64,000 bases of DNA, from positions 178,927 to 242,926 of the forward strand of contig JAIUNI010000004.1 of NCBI GenBank assembly GCA_020161935.1. The letters run 5' to 3'. Positions 51,080 through 60,384 of this stretch are shown here, in pieces. Positions within the stretch are counted from its first letter, which is position 1. Every line of letters starts with the position of its first letter. Source of the stretch: Chloroflexota bacterium (GTDB taxonomy: Bacteria > Chloroflexota > Anaerolineae > Aggregatilineales > Phototrophicaceae). Below the pieces are notes generated by a model. The model was not told where the DNA came from and did no database searches. It worked only from the letters and a program-made list of their open reading frames with translations. The translations under genes and the position numbers were made by a program.

Positions 51080-51103
51080 GTAGGGACGAGATACATCTCG
51101 TCC
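51080..51103 (+). repeat. GTAG-type REP hairpin
   Basis: GTAG-GGACGAGAT-AC-ATCTCGTCC. Confidence 0.65.
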
Positions 51104-51189
51104 ATTTTGTTTTCGTTATCCATCCCGACAACTAATTCCGGCTTACCAATTCCTACCCAATCCAACCGCTTTTCAAACCAGATTATAAC

Positions 51190-51234
51190 TTGACTTGATA
51201 AGAATTTCCGTTCTATAATACGAACAGGTGTTTC
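51190..51234 (+). promoter_or_regulatory. Sigma70-type promoter overlapped by two LexA boxes
   Basis: TTGACT-N18-TATAAT (51190-51219); GAAT-TTCC-GTTC (51202-51213) and GAAC-AGGT-GTTT (51222-51233). Confidence 0.7.
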
Positions 51235-51289
51235 AATTTTGTTATACCCGTCCGCGCTGCCCCATCCAATCACCATCAGGAGAAAACTC

Positions 51290-51826
51290 ATGCCCCGTCG
51301 CGTCTACTCGCCCGATGAAAAAGCCAACGCCCTCGAAACCCTCAACCGTTTCCATCAGGATATCGCCGCCACATCCCTCAAAACCGGCATCCCCCGCCGC
51401 ACCCTCTACACGTGGCGCATGGAGCAGTGGGATCAGCAACGACAGCGGCGGCGCACCCTACCCCCTTCGCCGCCAAAAGAATTGCAAAAATTTGAAACCC
51501 TCACCGAATTTTTCGAGCACATTCGCACCCAGATGATGCACGTTTTTGGTCGCCTCGCTGGTGACCTGTCCCATCTGCCGCCCTACCTCCAGCGCGATCA
51601 TGAATCCGCCCGTCTCACCACCATCGATGTCATCATGAAGCTCACCAAACTCATCGGGCCTCCTGAACAGGAAGTCATTGAATATATCAATGAATATCCC
51701 GACTTATATCCCGAACTCGCCACCGCGCCCAAACCGAAACCCCAGCCCATCGTCATCCACACCCACCGCACCCCCGATGGCCTGCCTCCACCCGGCTATA
51801 AAGACCCCGCCCCCACCACCACATGA
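51290..51826 (+). CDS. N-terminal helix-turn-helix protein
   Basis: MPRRVYSPDEK..AL......IAATS.KTGIPRRTLYTW; AGGAG RBS; no transposase catalytic domain visible. Confidence 0.75.
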   Translation: MPRRVYSPDEKANALETLNRFHQDIAATSLKTGIPRRTLYTWRMEQWDQQRQRRRTLPPSPPKELQKFETLTEFFEHIRTQMMHVFGRLAGDLSHLPPYLQRDHESARLTTIDVIMKLTKLIGPPEQEVIEYINEYPDLYPELATAPKPKPQPIVIHTHRTPDGLPPPGYKDPAPTTT

Positions 51827-51835
51827 CCTTTCTGG

Positions 51836-51996
51836 TTCCCCTCCCTGTTGCGTAGCATACGAGGAGGCTGACGGTGGAGTGAGCCTGCGAACGTACCGTC
51901 GTGGGTGGGGTCTCCCGTTCGCTTGCCTGAACACAAACGTGGGCCTAGGGGTGAGGGTTTTCCTCCACCGTTTACGGGGGAGGCTAGGAGGGGGTC
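51836..51996. repeat. Degenerate REP-like palindromes between the convergent HTH gene and hsdM
   Basis: TCCTCCACCGTTTACGGGGGAGGCTAGGAGGGGG and ...GGGCCTAGGGGTGAGGG, same family as 46935 and 49784. Confidence 0.55.
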
Positions 51997-52016
51997 TCCC
52001 TGCTTTTAACTTTGAA

Positions 52017-53534
52017 CTACTCCAGTCCCAGTTCTCTCAGGTAGCCCGCCATTCGGCTTTTCACGTCCGCCAATTTACCTTCGAGGTCATGGATCTTCGC
52101 CTGAACCGCCTTCAGGTCAATCGTCTCCTCCGCCTCGAAGGTGTCCACATATCGGGGGATATTCAGGTTAAAATCGTTCGCTTGGATTTCGTCTCGGGTC
52201 GCCTTGTATGCGTATTTCTCAACCGTTTCCCGTGCCTTGTAGGTCATCACGATCTTATCCAGATCACGCTCACGCAGTCGGTTCTGGTTCGTTCCGGCCT
52301 CGAACTCTCGGCTCCCGTCGATAAAAAATACACTGTCGTCCGGTTTGTTCCGTTTAAAAATCAAGATCGCTGCGGGGATTCCCGTCCCGTAAAACAGGTT
52401 CGCCGGTAACCCGATCACCCCATCGAGCAGATTTTCCTCGATCAACTTCTGTCGGATTGTCCCCTCCGAACTCCCTCGGAACAGGACACCGTGAGGCACA
52501 ATCACGCCCACCCGTCCGTTCTCGTGTGCCTCCCGAAACGTAATCTCGATCATGTGACTGATGAACGCATAATCGCCCTTACTCTTCGGGGGAACCCCGC
52601 GCCAGAATCGGGAGTATCGGTCTTTGTCCGCCCCCTCGCTCCCCCACTTATCGAGGGAGAACGGTGGGTTCGCCACCACCACATTAAAGTACATTAACTT
52701 ATCATCTTTAAGGAGTCGCGGTTCTTTTAGAGTATCCCCCCAGATGATGTCCTTGGTGCTCACGGGCATATTGTGAAGGAGCATGTTCATCATGCATAAA
52801 GCCCATGTGCTCCCGTTCACTTCCTGTCCCTTGATCGAAAACTTATCCCCCGTGATCTGCTTCGCGCATCTAATCAGGAGAGACCCCGACCCACAGGCTG
52901 GGTCACAAATTCGGTCATTCGGTTGGGGGTCAAGCAGTCGCGCTAGTAACTCGCTCACTTCCGGTGGGGTATAAAACTCGCCCGCTTTCTTCCCAGCGTC
53001 CGACGCAAATCGCCCGATCAGGTACTCGTATGCGTTCCCGATCACATCTAGATTCCCGATCCGGCTCGGTCGCAAATCCAGTCGTGGGTCATTAAAATCG
53101 TTGAGTAAATTTTTCAGTCGCTCGTTACGCTGGGCTGTCCGCCCCAACGCTGCCTCACTGTTAAAGTCGATGTTCCTAAAAACGCCTTCCAGCTTTTCCT
53201 TGTTCGCCTCTTCAATCGCTTCCAGTGCTTTATTGATTTCTTCCCCGACATTCGTGGCGTTCCGGTTCTCATATAAGGTATAGAAGTCGCTCCCCGCTGC
53301 CAGCTTAAAAGGTTCTCGGCTCAAACGCCGTTCCACCCGTTCACTGTCCCCCGCAAATTCCCGTTCGTATTGTGCCTTGTGGTCAAACCAAACATCACTC
53401 ACATACTTCACGAATAACATGACGAGGATGTAGTTCTTGTACTCGCTGGGGTCAATCGTCCCTCGAAAAGTGTCACACGCCTTCCAAACAATCGAGTTAA
53501 TTTCGTCTTGGTTAACACGGGTTTCAGTCATCAA
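52017..53534 (-). CDS. hsdM: Type I R-M methyltransferase subunit
   Basis: W.ACD.FRG, GEFYTP, DPACGSG, NPPF, PHGVLFRG, NLNIPRY. Confidence 0.96.
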   Translation of the reverse strand: MMTETRVNQDEINSIVWKACDTFRGTIDPSEYKNYILVMLFVKYVSDVWFDHKAQYEREFAGDSERVERRLSREPFKLAAGSDFYTLYENRNATNVGEEINKALEAIEEANKEKLEGVFRNIDFNSEAALGRTAQRNERLKNLLNDFNDPRLDLRPSRIGNLDVIGNAYEYLIGRFASDAGKKAGEFYTPPEVSELLARLLDPQPNDRICDPACGSGSLLIRCAKQITGDKFSIKGQEVNGSTWALCMMNMLLHNMPVSTKDIIWGDTLKEPRLLKDDKLMYFNVVVANPPFSLDKWGSEGADKDRYSRFWRGVPPKSKGDYAFISHMIEITFREAHENGRVGVIVPHGVLFRGSSEGTIRQKLIEENLLDGVIGLPANLFYGTGIPAAILIFKRNKPDDSVFFIDGSREFEAGTNQNRLRERDLDKIVMTYKARETVEKYAYKATRDEIQANDFNLNIPRYVDTFEAEETIDLKAVQAKIHDLEGKLADVKSRMAGYLRELGLE

Positions 53535-53725
53535 TGGTTGCTCTTTATAAAGGTAATTTGTTGCTATCAGGTCGCATATTATATGCGTATTGTATCCTCA
53601 GTCCTTAAGACCAATCCATTAACATCTAACCGTCAAAATTCCTCACCGCCTCACGTAAAATTCCGTCCTTCCTTTATAGGGCCTGTGTCAAACTGAACGA
53701 TGATTGTGTAGCTGTGGGGGAAGTC

Positions 53726-54091
53726 ATGTCCAAAAAGTCTATTCGTCGCAGCTTATCCATGACCCCCGAAATGCGTGACCGCCTCGCCTTATTAGTCAGT
53801 AAACACCCTCGTGATACCACCGAGGCCGATCTCATCCGTGAGGCCGTCCGCCTGTATCTCGATAATCAAGAAGACATCATCGGGAGTCGTAAACACTTCC
53901 AGAAGTCACTTCAAGAACGTCTTGATAAACTCGAAGCCAGTCTTGCCTTCCACCTCAATATCCTTGTCTATCTCATTGCTTCCCTTGAACCAGAAACCGG
54001 TCGCCAGTTAATTACCAAAGCTGTTATCGCCTCTAAACGGGATGGTGAAACACTCCTCGCTCAAATCAAGGCCGTCCGTGACATGAAATGA
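53726..54091 (+). CDS. Ribbon-helix-helix (CopG/MobC-like) relaxosome accessory protein
   Basis: RRSLSMTPEMRDRL...EADLIREAVRLYL; coupled to the relaxase gene. Confidence 0.75.
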   Translation: MSKKSIRRSLSMTPEMRDRLALLVSKHPRDTTEADLIREAVRLYLDNQEDIIGSRKHFQKSLQERLDKLEASLAFHLNILVYLIASLEPETGRQLITKAVIASKRDGETLLAQIKAVRDMK

Positions 54092-54756
54092 AAGCTGTTA
54101 TCGTCACCGATTTCGCCTACAAAAGCCCTAAACGAAAAGGGCGTGGAACTGGCTCACAGGGTTTACGCGCCACCCTCAAATATCTACAGTATCGGGATAC
54201 TCGAAACAATCATCTCGCGCATGATCGAGACTACGAACGTTGGAATGATCGTGGGCTTGGCCTTCACCATGACCAAATATTTAAATCCTGTGACCAGCTT
54301 CAAAGTAAACACGTCCTCGCATGGACGTGGGTCATTTCTCCTGCCCCTGAACTCATGGCTTTATTTCCTGAGTCCGAACGTCGGTCTGTCCTCTCCGACC
54401 TCACCGAGCGCATTGTCGAGAACTACTACGCCGAGCGCGGTTACGATACGCCTGAATACGCCTTTGTTGTCCACAGTCGCATGACCACGCCCGAAGACCA
54501 AACCGAACCACTGGAGCATCTCCATACCCATGTCGTTCTTCCGGGGACAGCTCCGCTCTTGGGAATTGATCGGGATGCCTTTTATAACAATAAGGAGAGG
54601 GGGCATGATGCCTTATTTCGGGAAATCGGAACCCGTCATTTTACCGAAGCCCTAGATCGCCTCGTCGGGCCGGAATGGAAACTGCTCCGTGAGGAAGAAC
54701 CGACAACTACCGAACCGAATATCGAAGATTTGGATGCGTGGTTTCCTAATCGGTAG
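54088..54756 (+). CDS. HUH relaxase domain protein (MOB-P-like)
   Basis: LKYLQYRD (motif I Tyr), WVISP (motif II), VVHS...HLHTHVV (motif III). Confidence 0.75.
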   Translation: MKAVIVTDFAYKSPKRKGRGTGSQGLRATLKYLQYRDTRNNHLAHDRDYERWNDRGLGLHHDQIFKSCDQLQSKHVLAWTWVISPAPELMALFPESERRSVLSDLTERIVENYYAERGYDTPEYAFVVHSRMTTPEDQTEPLEHLHTHVVLPGTAPLLGIDRDAFYNNKERGHDALFREIGTRHFTEALDRLVGPEWKLLREEEPTTTEPNIEDLDAWFPNR

Positions 54757-55042
54757 GTTGATCTACTTGTTTCAAGACCAGTTTCAATCGCTTGCTGGCT
54801 CTCACCGTTATTTGTCGAATTATTCTTGGTGCTGGTTTGCCATTTAATACACCAACCCATTCACCTCGATCAATTCTCTGAGTTTCGAGTACAAATAGAT
54901 TTTCCAACTCAATCCGCTCATCGGATGCCAGTGTCTCTGTCCAAAGCTCAATCAGGGTATCCAACATCCATTGAACGTCCCGATTTCGTAACCGGGTGCG
55001 CCTTCCAATTTCGCGCACCATACTTTTCTTAGTGAGGGTCAC
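54746..55042 (-). CDS. HU/IHF-family DNA-binding protein
   Basis: LTKKSMVREI, ERIELENL, RASKRLK. Confidence 0.75.
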   Translation of the reverse strand: MTLTKKSMVREIGRRTRLRNRDVQWMLDTLIELWTETLASDERIELENLFVLETQRIDRGEWVGVLNGKPAPRIIRQITVRASKRLKLVLKQVDQPTD

Positions 55043-57078
55043 GAAGCTGCTGACCTCATTGTATTTCGTTGTTTACGCATCTCATCCAAAGTAGCCATTT
55101 TTGTTTTCCCACCTGTATTTTTCTGAGTATCGGTCGCGATTTTCGCCATCAAGATTGATGCCGCCTGTTCCAATGTCGATTCAGGAGCATGTTCAGTGAC
55201 TACAGGTTTTTGGGTAGGATCAGGTAATGATATCTGGAAAGTGATCCCGCGCTCTAAAAGAAGTGGTACTGTATGTTTAGCTTTTTCAAGGCGCTGCTTC
55301 CAATCGTCACGCTCATAAAACCGTGTTAACCGTGCGTTCAATACAATCTGAGTCGCAAATCCAGCCTCCACGTATCGGGCAAAAATCGTGCAGTTCCCAA
55401 TCTGGGGTGTAACCACCTCGTCCACCGTTAATAGTGGGCGCTGCCTCAAGTGGCTGTTCGGGTCATCTTGATTCGCGTCGGTCGTGGCTGTCCCACTCGC
55501 CTTACTGTAAAACTCGGCTGTGTCCGCGTCGCACCCACCATAAATGACCTGTGTTGCCAGCCCCGTAAATAACGCTTGTGTCCCTTCATTTCCATAAATC
55601 ATATGAAACTGCCCCTTAGTCTGCGCGCCAATCATGATCGAGATACGCCGTTTACGAACGAGATTAACATCCGCTACTAAACTGTCCAATTTTCCGAGGG
55701 TGGGAAATTCATCAAGAATAATCCCGACTGGAACAGGCAGTGGCCCTTTGTTGCGTTCCCCAATAGTGTCCAGATCGAGCATCAGTTTACGCAGAGTAGC
55801 ACCCAGGTAAGAAGCATAAACTGCCCGCATCCTTCCCGGACACGTTAGGACTACGACCGTAGGCTGTTTTACGACGAGTTCAGTATCAAAGTCTGACGCT
55901 GATGTATTCCCCCGAACTTCAGTTGAAGCCCAGCCCGTCAAGGCGGTAGCTAAAGTTGCCACCACATTTGAAGCCACTTTTCCATCAGACCCTACTGACG
56001 CAATGAAGCTGTTCGCTAGGAGTGCCGCGTCATCTTTGACCGAAGCGAGCTTCTGCGCCAACGCTTTCAAATCATTCATGGCGTTATAGATTTCACCGAG
56101 ATTCGGGAACCGTATTAAACAGGCTGCCAACAAGGCTGCTGCGCTGTCCGTCCAAAACCGATTATCACCTGCTGCCGATGGAACAAGCACATCCGAAATC
56201 GCTCGCGCGTCCGACACATTATCAATGCCTTCAGCTAAATTGTAACGTGGGCCAACAGTGCTTGTCGGATCGTGAACCACGACCAAATGACGTGTCACTG
56301 ATGCATATTTCAGAACATGTGCTGTAATTTCGCCCTGAGGATCAGCTACGATCAGGGAATGTCCCAACGACATCCGGTCTGCAATAGCCGGAAGAATAAT
56401 CCCCTGTGTTTTCCCTGAACCGGGTCCGCCTAGCGTTAAGATGCCACGGGCAACATCTTCACCACTAAATGCGAAGCGTCCTATTCCGAGATCAAGACGA
56501 CGCTTATCCTCGCCCCAAAACGCACCTAATAGAGTCAAGCCATCGACATCCTCGCGGCGGAATCGTTTGTATTCGCGCATCGTACAAAAATGTGATGAAC
56601 CCAGTGCGCCACGTTTAACCTGCGGATTGCGTAGTCCATCTATCCGTTCGCGCAACCAACCACCATTTTTAATGCCGTTATGAAGAGTGATAGTCACAAA
56701 AAACAGGATTATGACCAGCATCATGCCGAACCCAAACAAGCGGATGGCATTCACATTAGATGGGGCACCATTCAGGAACTGCACAAAACTATTGATTGGA
56801 GCCTGTCGTCCTCGTACTGGTTGTATTGCCAGATTGCCCAGTAACATAAGATACAGGGTGGATATACCAATCAAAACAATGCCGTAAGTCATCAGATGGG
56901 CAATACGTTTCCAGTCTATGCTACCTTGTGTCTCATGGGTACGCTGAATCCCCGCTCCTAGCAACGCACTCACCATAATAGGCATGAGCAATGTCAAGCA
57001 CATCAAAGGGCCGAGAAAGCCCCCTAATAGGCCGCGAACCTCCGTGAACAGCCAATAAAACATGAAAAATACCTTCAC
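55039..57078 (-). CDS. Type IV coupling protein (VirD4/TraG-like)
   Basis: N-terminal TM helices, GGPGSGKT, DPQGE, FW, LDEFPTLG, QT..Q...YG, RPLLT.DEV. Confidence 0.88.
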   Translation of the reverse strand: MKVFFMFYWLFTEVRGLLGGFLGPLMCLTLLMPIMVSALLGAGIQRTHETQGSIDWKRIAHLMTYGIVLIGISTLYLMLLGNLAIQPVRGRQAPINSFVQFLNGAPSNVNAIRLFGFGMMLVIILFFVTITLHNGIKNGGWLRERIDGLRNPQVKRGALGSSHFCTMREYKRFRREDVDGLTLLGAFWGEDKRRLDLGIGRFAFSGEDVARGILTLGGPGSGKTQGIILPAIADRMSLGHSLIVADPQGEITAHVLKYASVTRHLVVVHDPTSTVGPRYNLAEGIDNVSDARAISDVLVPSAAGDNRFWTDSAAALLAACLIRFPNLGEIYNAMNDLKALAQKLASVKDDAALLANSFIASVGSDGKVASNVVATLATALTGWASTEVRGNTSASDFDTELVVKQPTVVVLTCPGRMRAVYASYLGATLRKLMLDLDTIGERNKGPLPVPVGIILDEFPTLGKLDSLVADVNLVRKRRISIMIGAQTKGQFHMIYGNEGTQALFTGLATQVIYGGCDADTAEFYSKASGTATTDANQDDPNSHLRQRPLLTVDEVVTPQIGNCTIFARYVEAGFATQIVLNARLTRFYERDDWKQRLEKAKHTVPLLLERGITFQISLPDPTQKPVVTEHAPESTLEQAASILMAKIATDTQKNTGGKTKMATLDEMRKQRNTMRSAAS

Positions 57079-57123
57079 GCATCAAATTTATGGCATTACG
57101 TTTCATCAACGACGTGTTGCTGA

Positions 57124-59043
57124 CTAGAAGTCAAGTTCTGATGTCGTGGGGGTAAAGCCTGCTTCGTTCTGTTCGCCAAAGGGTTGAGGGGGTTGTTCAG
57201 GAAATCCTTCAGTCGCTATGCGAGCATCGTGCTCAGCATTAGGATTGTAAGGATGCCAATCCTTTGCATCATGTTTGATGACCAATTCATCATTCTGATA
57301 GGCTTTTAATTCATTTCCTTCCAAAGTTTTCCATTCCATAGGTCGCCCTTCTAATCGTGCCACCTCTTCTGCAAGTTCTGGCCCTTCCAATATGTCCGGC
57401 ATAATGTAGCTGTTAAACTCTTTACTGAACTTCTCAGCGGCAGCAGTCGTTTCAAAGTGTGCCATCTCCAACATGCGGAAAGGTTCTTCTTTCGGTATCG
57501 GTGGGTTATCAATTGCATCTGGATCTTGCTCAATGTTTGGATAAACGACCATTTGCAGCGATTGACCTAAAGGATGTCCCTGCAAGTCACTAACAGGTAA
57601 GATGTCCAATCGCCAATACGGATGCTCTATTTCGGTTTGAGCTTCTTCAATTTTCTCACCTTGAGTATTCCAGTAAGGATTGACTTCACCTTCCAATTGC
57701 TGTGCCAGTGTCTCAAAGCGATCAGTCGGCCCTTGAGTGAATAATCTTGAGTCCATGCGACCACCATCGAGCCACCCATTTTGCATTGCCGTGAGTTCAG
57801 CCTTATGCATCATGGCTTCCAATCCACGCATGTCATAGGTTTCAAGTAGTCCATCACGAACTTGTTCTGCCTGCTCATATGCTTGCTCGTTATCCGAATC
57901 AAAAGTATTGAGCGTAACCGACTGAATGCCTAAATAACCACCGGGTTCTTTCCAATATTTTTCGACAGCCAGTTCCTCAGTCCACGGATCAGCACCCTGT
58001 ATCACAACCGCATAGTTTGCGGTGTCATGCAAGGGTTGGAGCAGTTCAACAGGCGATTGCTTGAAGGCTGCGTCAAACCAAGCAGCCCCTTCAAGACCCA
58101 TATGTTCTTGAATATCAAAAGCAGTAGCATCCACCCAAGAACGCGCTGTGAGCGGCTGCGGATCATCTGGTTCAAGAAAGCTGGGTATATCAAGCTGAGT
58201 ATCCATTTCCGCGAAATTGAATTCCCGTTCACGAATAGTCGTAAAGGGATCAGGCGGTCCTTGCGTGAACAGACGCGGATCACTGCGATCCGCATTGATG
58301 ACACCTGCCTCAATGCCGGATAGTTCAACTAACATCATTGCCGCTTGAAGGTCACCCTTATCGAGGAGTTCATTGGCCGTTTCGGCATTCAAACGTGCGA
58401 TTTCAAAGTCCTGTTGGGGAATAAGCAGTCGTTCATATTCCTGATCGGAATCACCCCATGACTTAGTGACATCCAATCGCGATGCGCCGTTAGCTGCAAT
58501 CGCATCGACACGATACTCTAAGTTTTGTGAAGATTCTTCTTGTGTCATACTTAGCTCCATCGCTCGTTCGCGTTCGGTTGTAAAAGGGTCGGCAGGTGCA
58601 TCCTTCTCAAAGAACACTCGTGGGTCGTTCCTGTTAGGATCAAGATAGCCATTGGCAGTTGCCATGCGTTCAGCTTGATTAATTGCTGTAACTAATCCCT
58701 GTGTTTTGAGGGTGTTTTCAAGTTCGCGTTCATAGATCTGGGATTCTTCCCACATTCCATATTCTGCGATTGTGAACGTGTCGAAACGCTGTTCATCCCC
58801 ATCCATCCAATTTTTAACAGCTTCGAGCGACGGTTTATTGTTTGGCCCGATACCGTAACCAAAGTAGTAATCTACCCTGTTTATTTGATCTTGCTCCTTC
58901 TCAAATTGTTTTGTAGTTAGCGGTAACGGTTGAGCAGCCGCATTCAAGTAATCAGGATTTTTGGCAACCGCATCAAGCTGCACCAATTGCTCTGATCGCT
59001 GACGACTCGAAGGTGATTCATAGAAGTTCACTATTACCTCCAA
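57124..59043 (-). CDS. Acidic hypothetical protein with three internal repeats
   Basis: Three copies of AE..A..NG..D..R.D.R.F..GP.D.F.T. Confidence 0.75.
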   Translation of the reverse strand: MEVIVNFYESPSSRQRSEQLVQLDAVAKNPDYLNAAAQPLPLTTKQFEKEQDQINRVDYYFGYGIGPNNKPSLEAVKNWMDGDEQRFDTFTIAEYGMWEESQIYERELENTLKTQGLVTAINQAERMATANGYLDPNRNDPRVFFEKDAPADPFTTERERAMELSMTQEESSQNLEYRVDAIAANGASRLDVTKSWGDSDQEYERLLIPQQDFEIARLNAETANELLDKGDLQAAMMLVELSGIEAGVINADRSDPRLFTQGPPDPFTTIREREFNFAEMDTQLDIPSFLEPDDPQPLTARSWVDATAFDIQEHMGLEGAAWFDAAFKQSPVELLQPLHDTANYAVVIQGADPWTEELAVEKYWKEPGGYLGIQSVTLNTFDSDNEQAYEQAEQVRDGLLETYDMRGLEAMMHKAELTAMQNGWLDGGRMDSRLFTQGPTDRFETLAQQLEGEVNPYWNTQGEKIEEAQTEIEHPYWRLDILPVSDLQGHPLGQSLQMVVYPNIEQDPDAIDNPPIPKEEPFRMLEMAHFETTAAAEKFSKEFNSYIMPDILEGPELAEEVARLEGRPMEWKTLEGNELKAYQNDELVIKHDAKDWHPYNPNAEHDARIATEGFPEQPPQPFGEQNEAGFTPTTSELDF

Positions 59044-59248
59044 TCACAATGGGTTGAAGGCGATTTTCACCAACCGGCGTAAAAATGCCTACCGGTCTAA
59101 ACTTCGGGGGAATCGGCATCGTGTGTTGGATGAGGAGACGCACGGCCATCGAACGTTTGACATGCCATTGATTCGCTAATTGGTGTAAGTGTCGATCTTC
59201 ATCCGGGCTAAGACGAACGCTGAAACGGGAGGATTTGTGGTCTCTCAT
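59018..59248 (-). CDS. Ribbon-helix-helix (MobC-like) protein
   Basis: RFSVRLSPDE...L..LA......RS..VR.LI. Confidence 0.65.
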   Translation of the reverse strand: MRDHKSSRFSVRLSPDEDRHLHQLANQWHVKRSMAVRLLIQHTMPIPPKFRPVGIFTPVGENRLQPIVIGGNSELL

Positions 59249-60381
59249 AAATCCATCTCCCAGTTGTCTTGGGTATAATCAGAGACGGTTTGAGTTGTAT
59301 CAGGTTCAAGCAACACGCCACGCTCTTTTTCCCATAACTCCCGCTGATCGGTTGCCAGTGCCATTCCTTCAGCAGCGTCGAAACAATGATCAATCCCACT
59401 CCGTTGAGCGACTTCAATCAGATATTCGGCTGCTGTATATGCTTTATCCCATTCCCCCGGTACACATGGCGCGAGTTGGGCTTCCATCGTTCCTGTCTCA
59501 GGATTGCGACCTAGAGATAGAATGCTCGTAACGCAGTTCTCGCGGTCGTTTTTGTCAGCTTGAAAGACACCAATCCAGTAGGCTGTTCCGGTTTCGGCAT
59601 CATAAAACGGTGGCGGATCTTGAGTGGGATGAAATCCTTCCGCTTGAATTCCAATTGCGTTCAACGCTTGAATGGCGGATTGGTCCTCAATTTCCGAACC
59701 AACGCCACCAAGCTCGATAGCAGTCTCAATGAGCGGATCTATCAGGTGATCCGGGGGTTCATCGCGACCCTCAATACTCTCATCTTCTAGTCCACGCAAG
59801 TGTTCATAGGCAGCGTATTCTTCCGGTACCGCACTGCGCCATTGTTCGGTTTCGTGATTCATGAGCAGTGATTGTTTTTCAGCAAAATCAGGGATTTGAT
59901 GAGCACTTAATCCTTGGTCATGCATCTGCTCTTGGAGTGTGTGGTAGTAAGTTGCTGCCACATCGACATCCTCAAACGAGGCAATTGGCAGGTAGCTTCC
60001 CCCTAGGTCTCCGGTATTGAGATTGGCATAGACATCAATAGCACCAATCTCAAATCGGGTAATGTTATCAATCTCACGTTCCACACCAATCAAACGTGCG
60101 TCCTGCCAACTCCAGTTCGTATCTAGTGATGCTGTTTGAGAAACACCGATTTCGTTCTGCGCTGACGGTACGTCCAATAGTTCTTTAAGCTCGTCTAGAT
60201 CGAATCGATTATCGTCTTGCAGCCAGGGTTCGTTGAGTACTTCATAATCAAAGTTGCTAGGCACACTAGCGAAAATGTCGTCTGGAAAGGGATCATCCGG
60301 CATAAAGAAGACTTCTTCCGGTAGTTCCCAATTGTCATAGTCAATAGGTGGTGGTTCTGGCATCAAATCACTCACGCTCAT
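59245..60381 (-). CDS. Acidic hypothetical protein
   Basis: 378-aa ORF with AGGAG RBS, in the topA-coupling protein operon. Confidence 0.75.
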   Translation of the reverse strand: MSVSDLMPEPPPIDYDNWELPEEVFFMPDDPFPDDIFASVPSNFDYEVLNEPWLQDDNRFDLDELKELLDVPSAQNEIGVSQTASLDTNWSWQDARLIGVEREIDNITRFEIGAIDVYANLNTGDLGGSYLPIASFEDVDVAATYYHTLQEQMHDQGLSAHQIPDFAEKQSLLMNHETEQWRSAVPEEYAAYEHLRGLEDESIEGRDEPPDHLIDPLIETAIELGGVGSEIEDQSAIQALNAIGIQAEGFHPTQDPPPFYDAETGTAYWIGVFQADKNDRENCVTSILSLGRNPETGTMEAQLAPCVPGEWDKAYTAAEYLIEVAQRSGIDHCFDAAEGMALATDQRELWEKERGVLLEPDTTQTVSDYTQDNWEMDL

Positions 60382-60384
60382 GGT

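Noticed and set aside
51290-51826. Call as an IS3-type transposase OrfA
   Set aside because: The HTH is similar, but there is no OrfB/DDE frame, frameshift signal or terminal inverted repeat.
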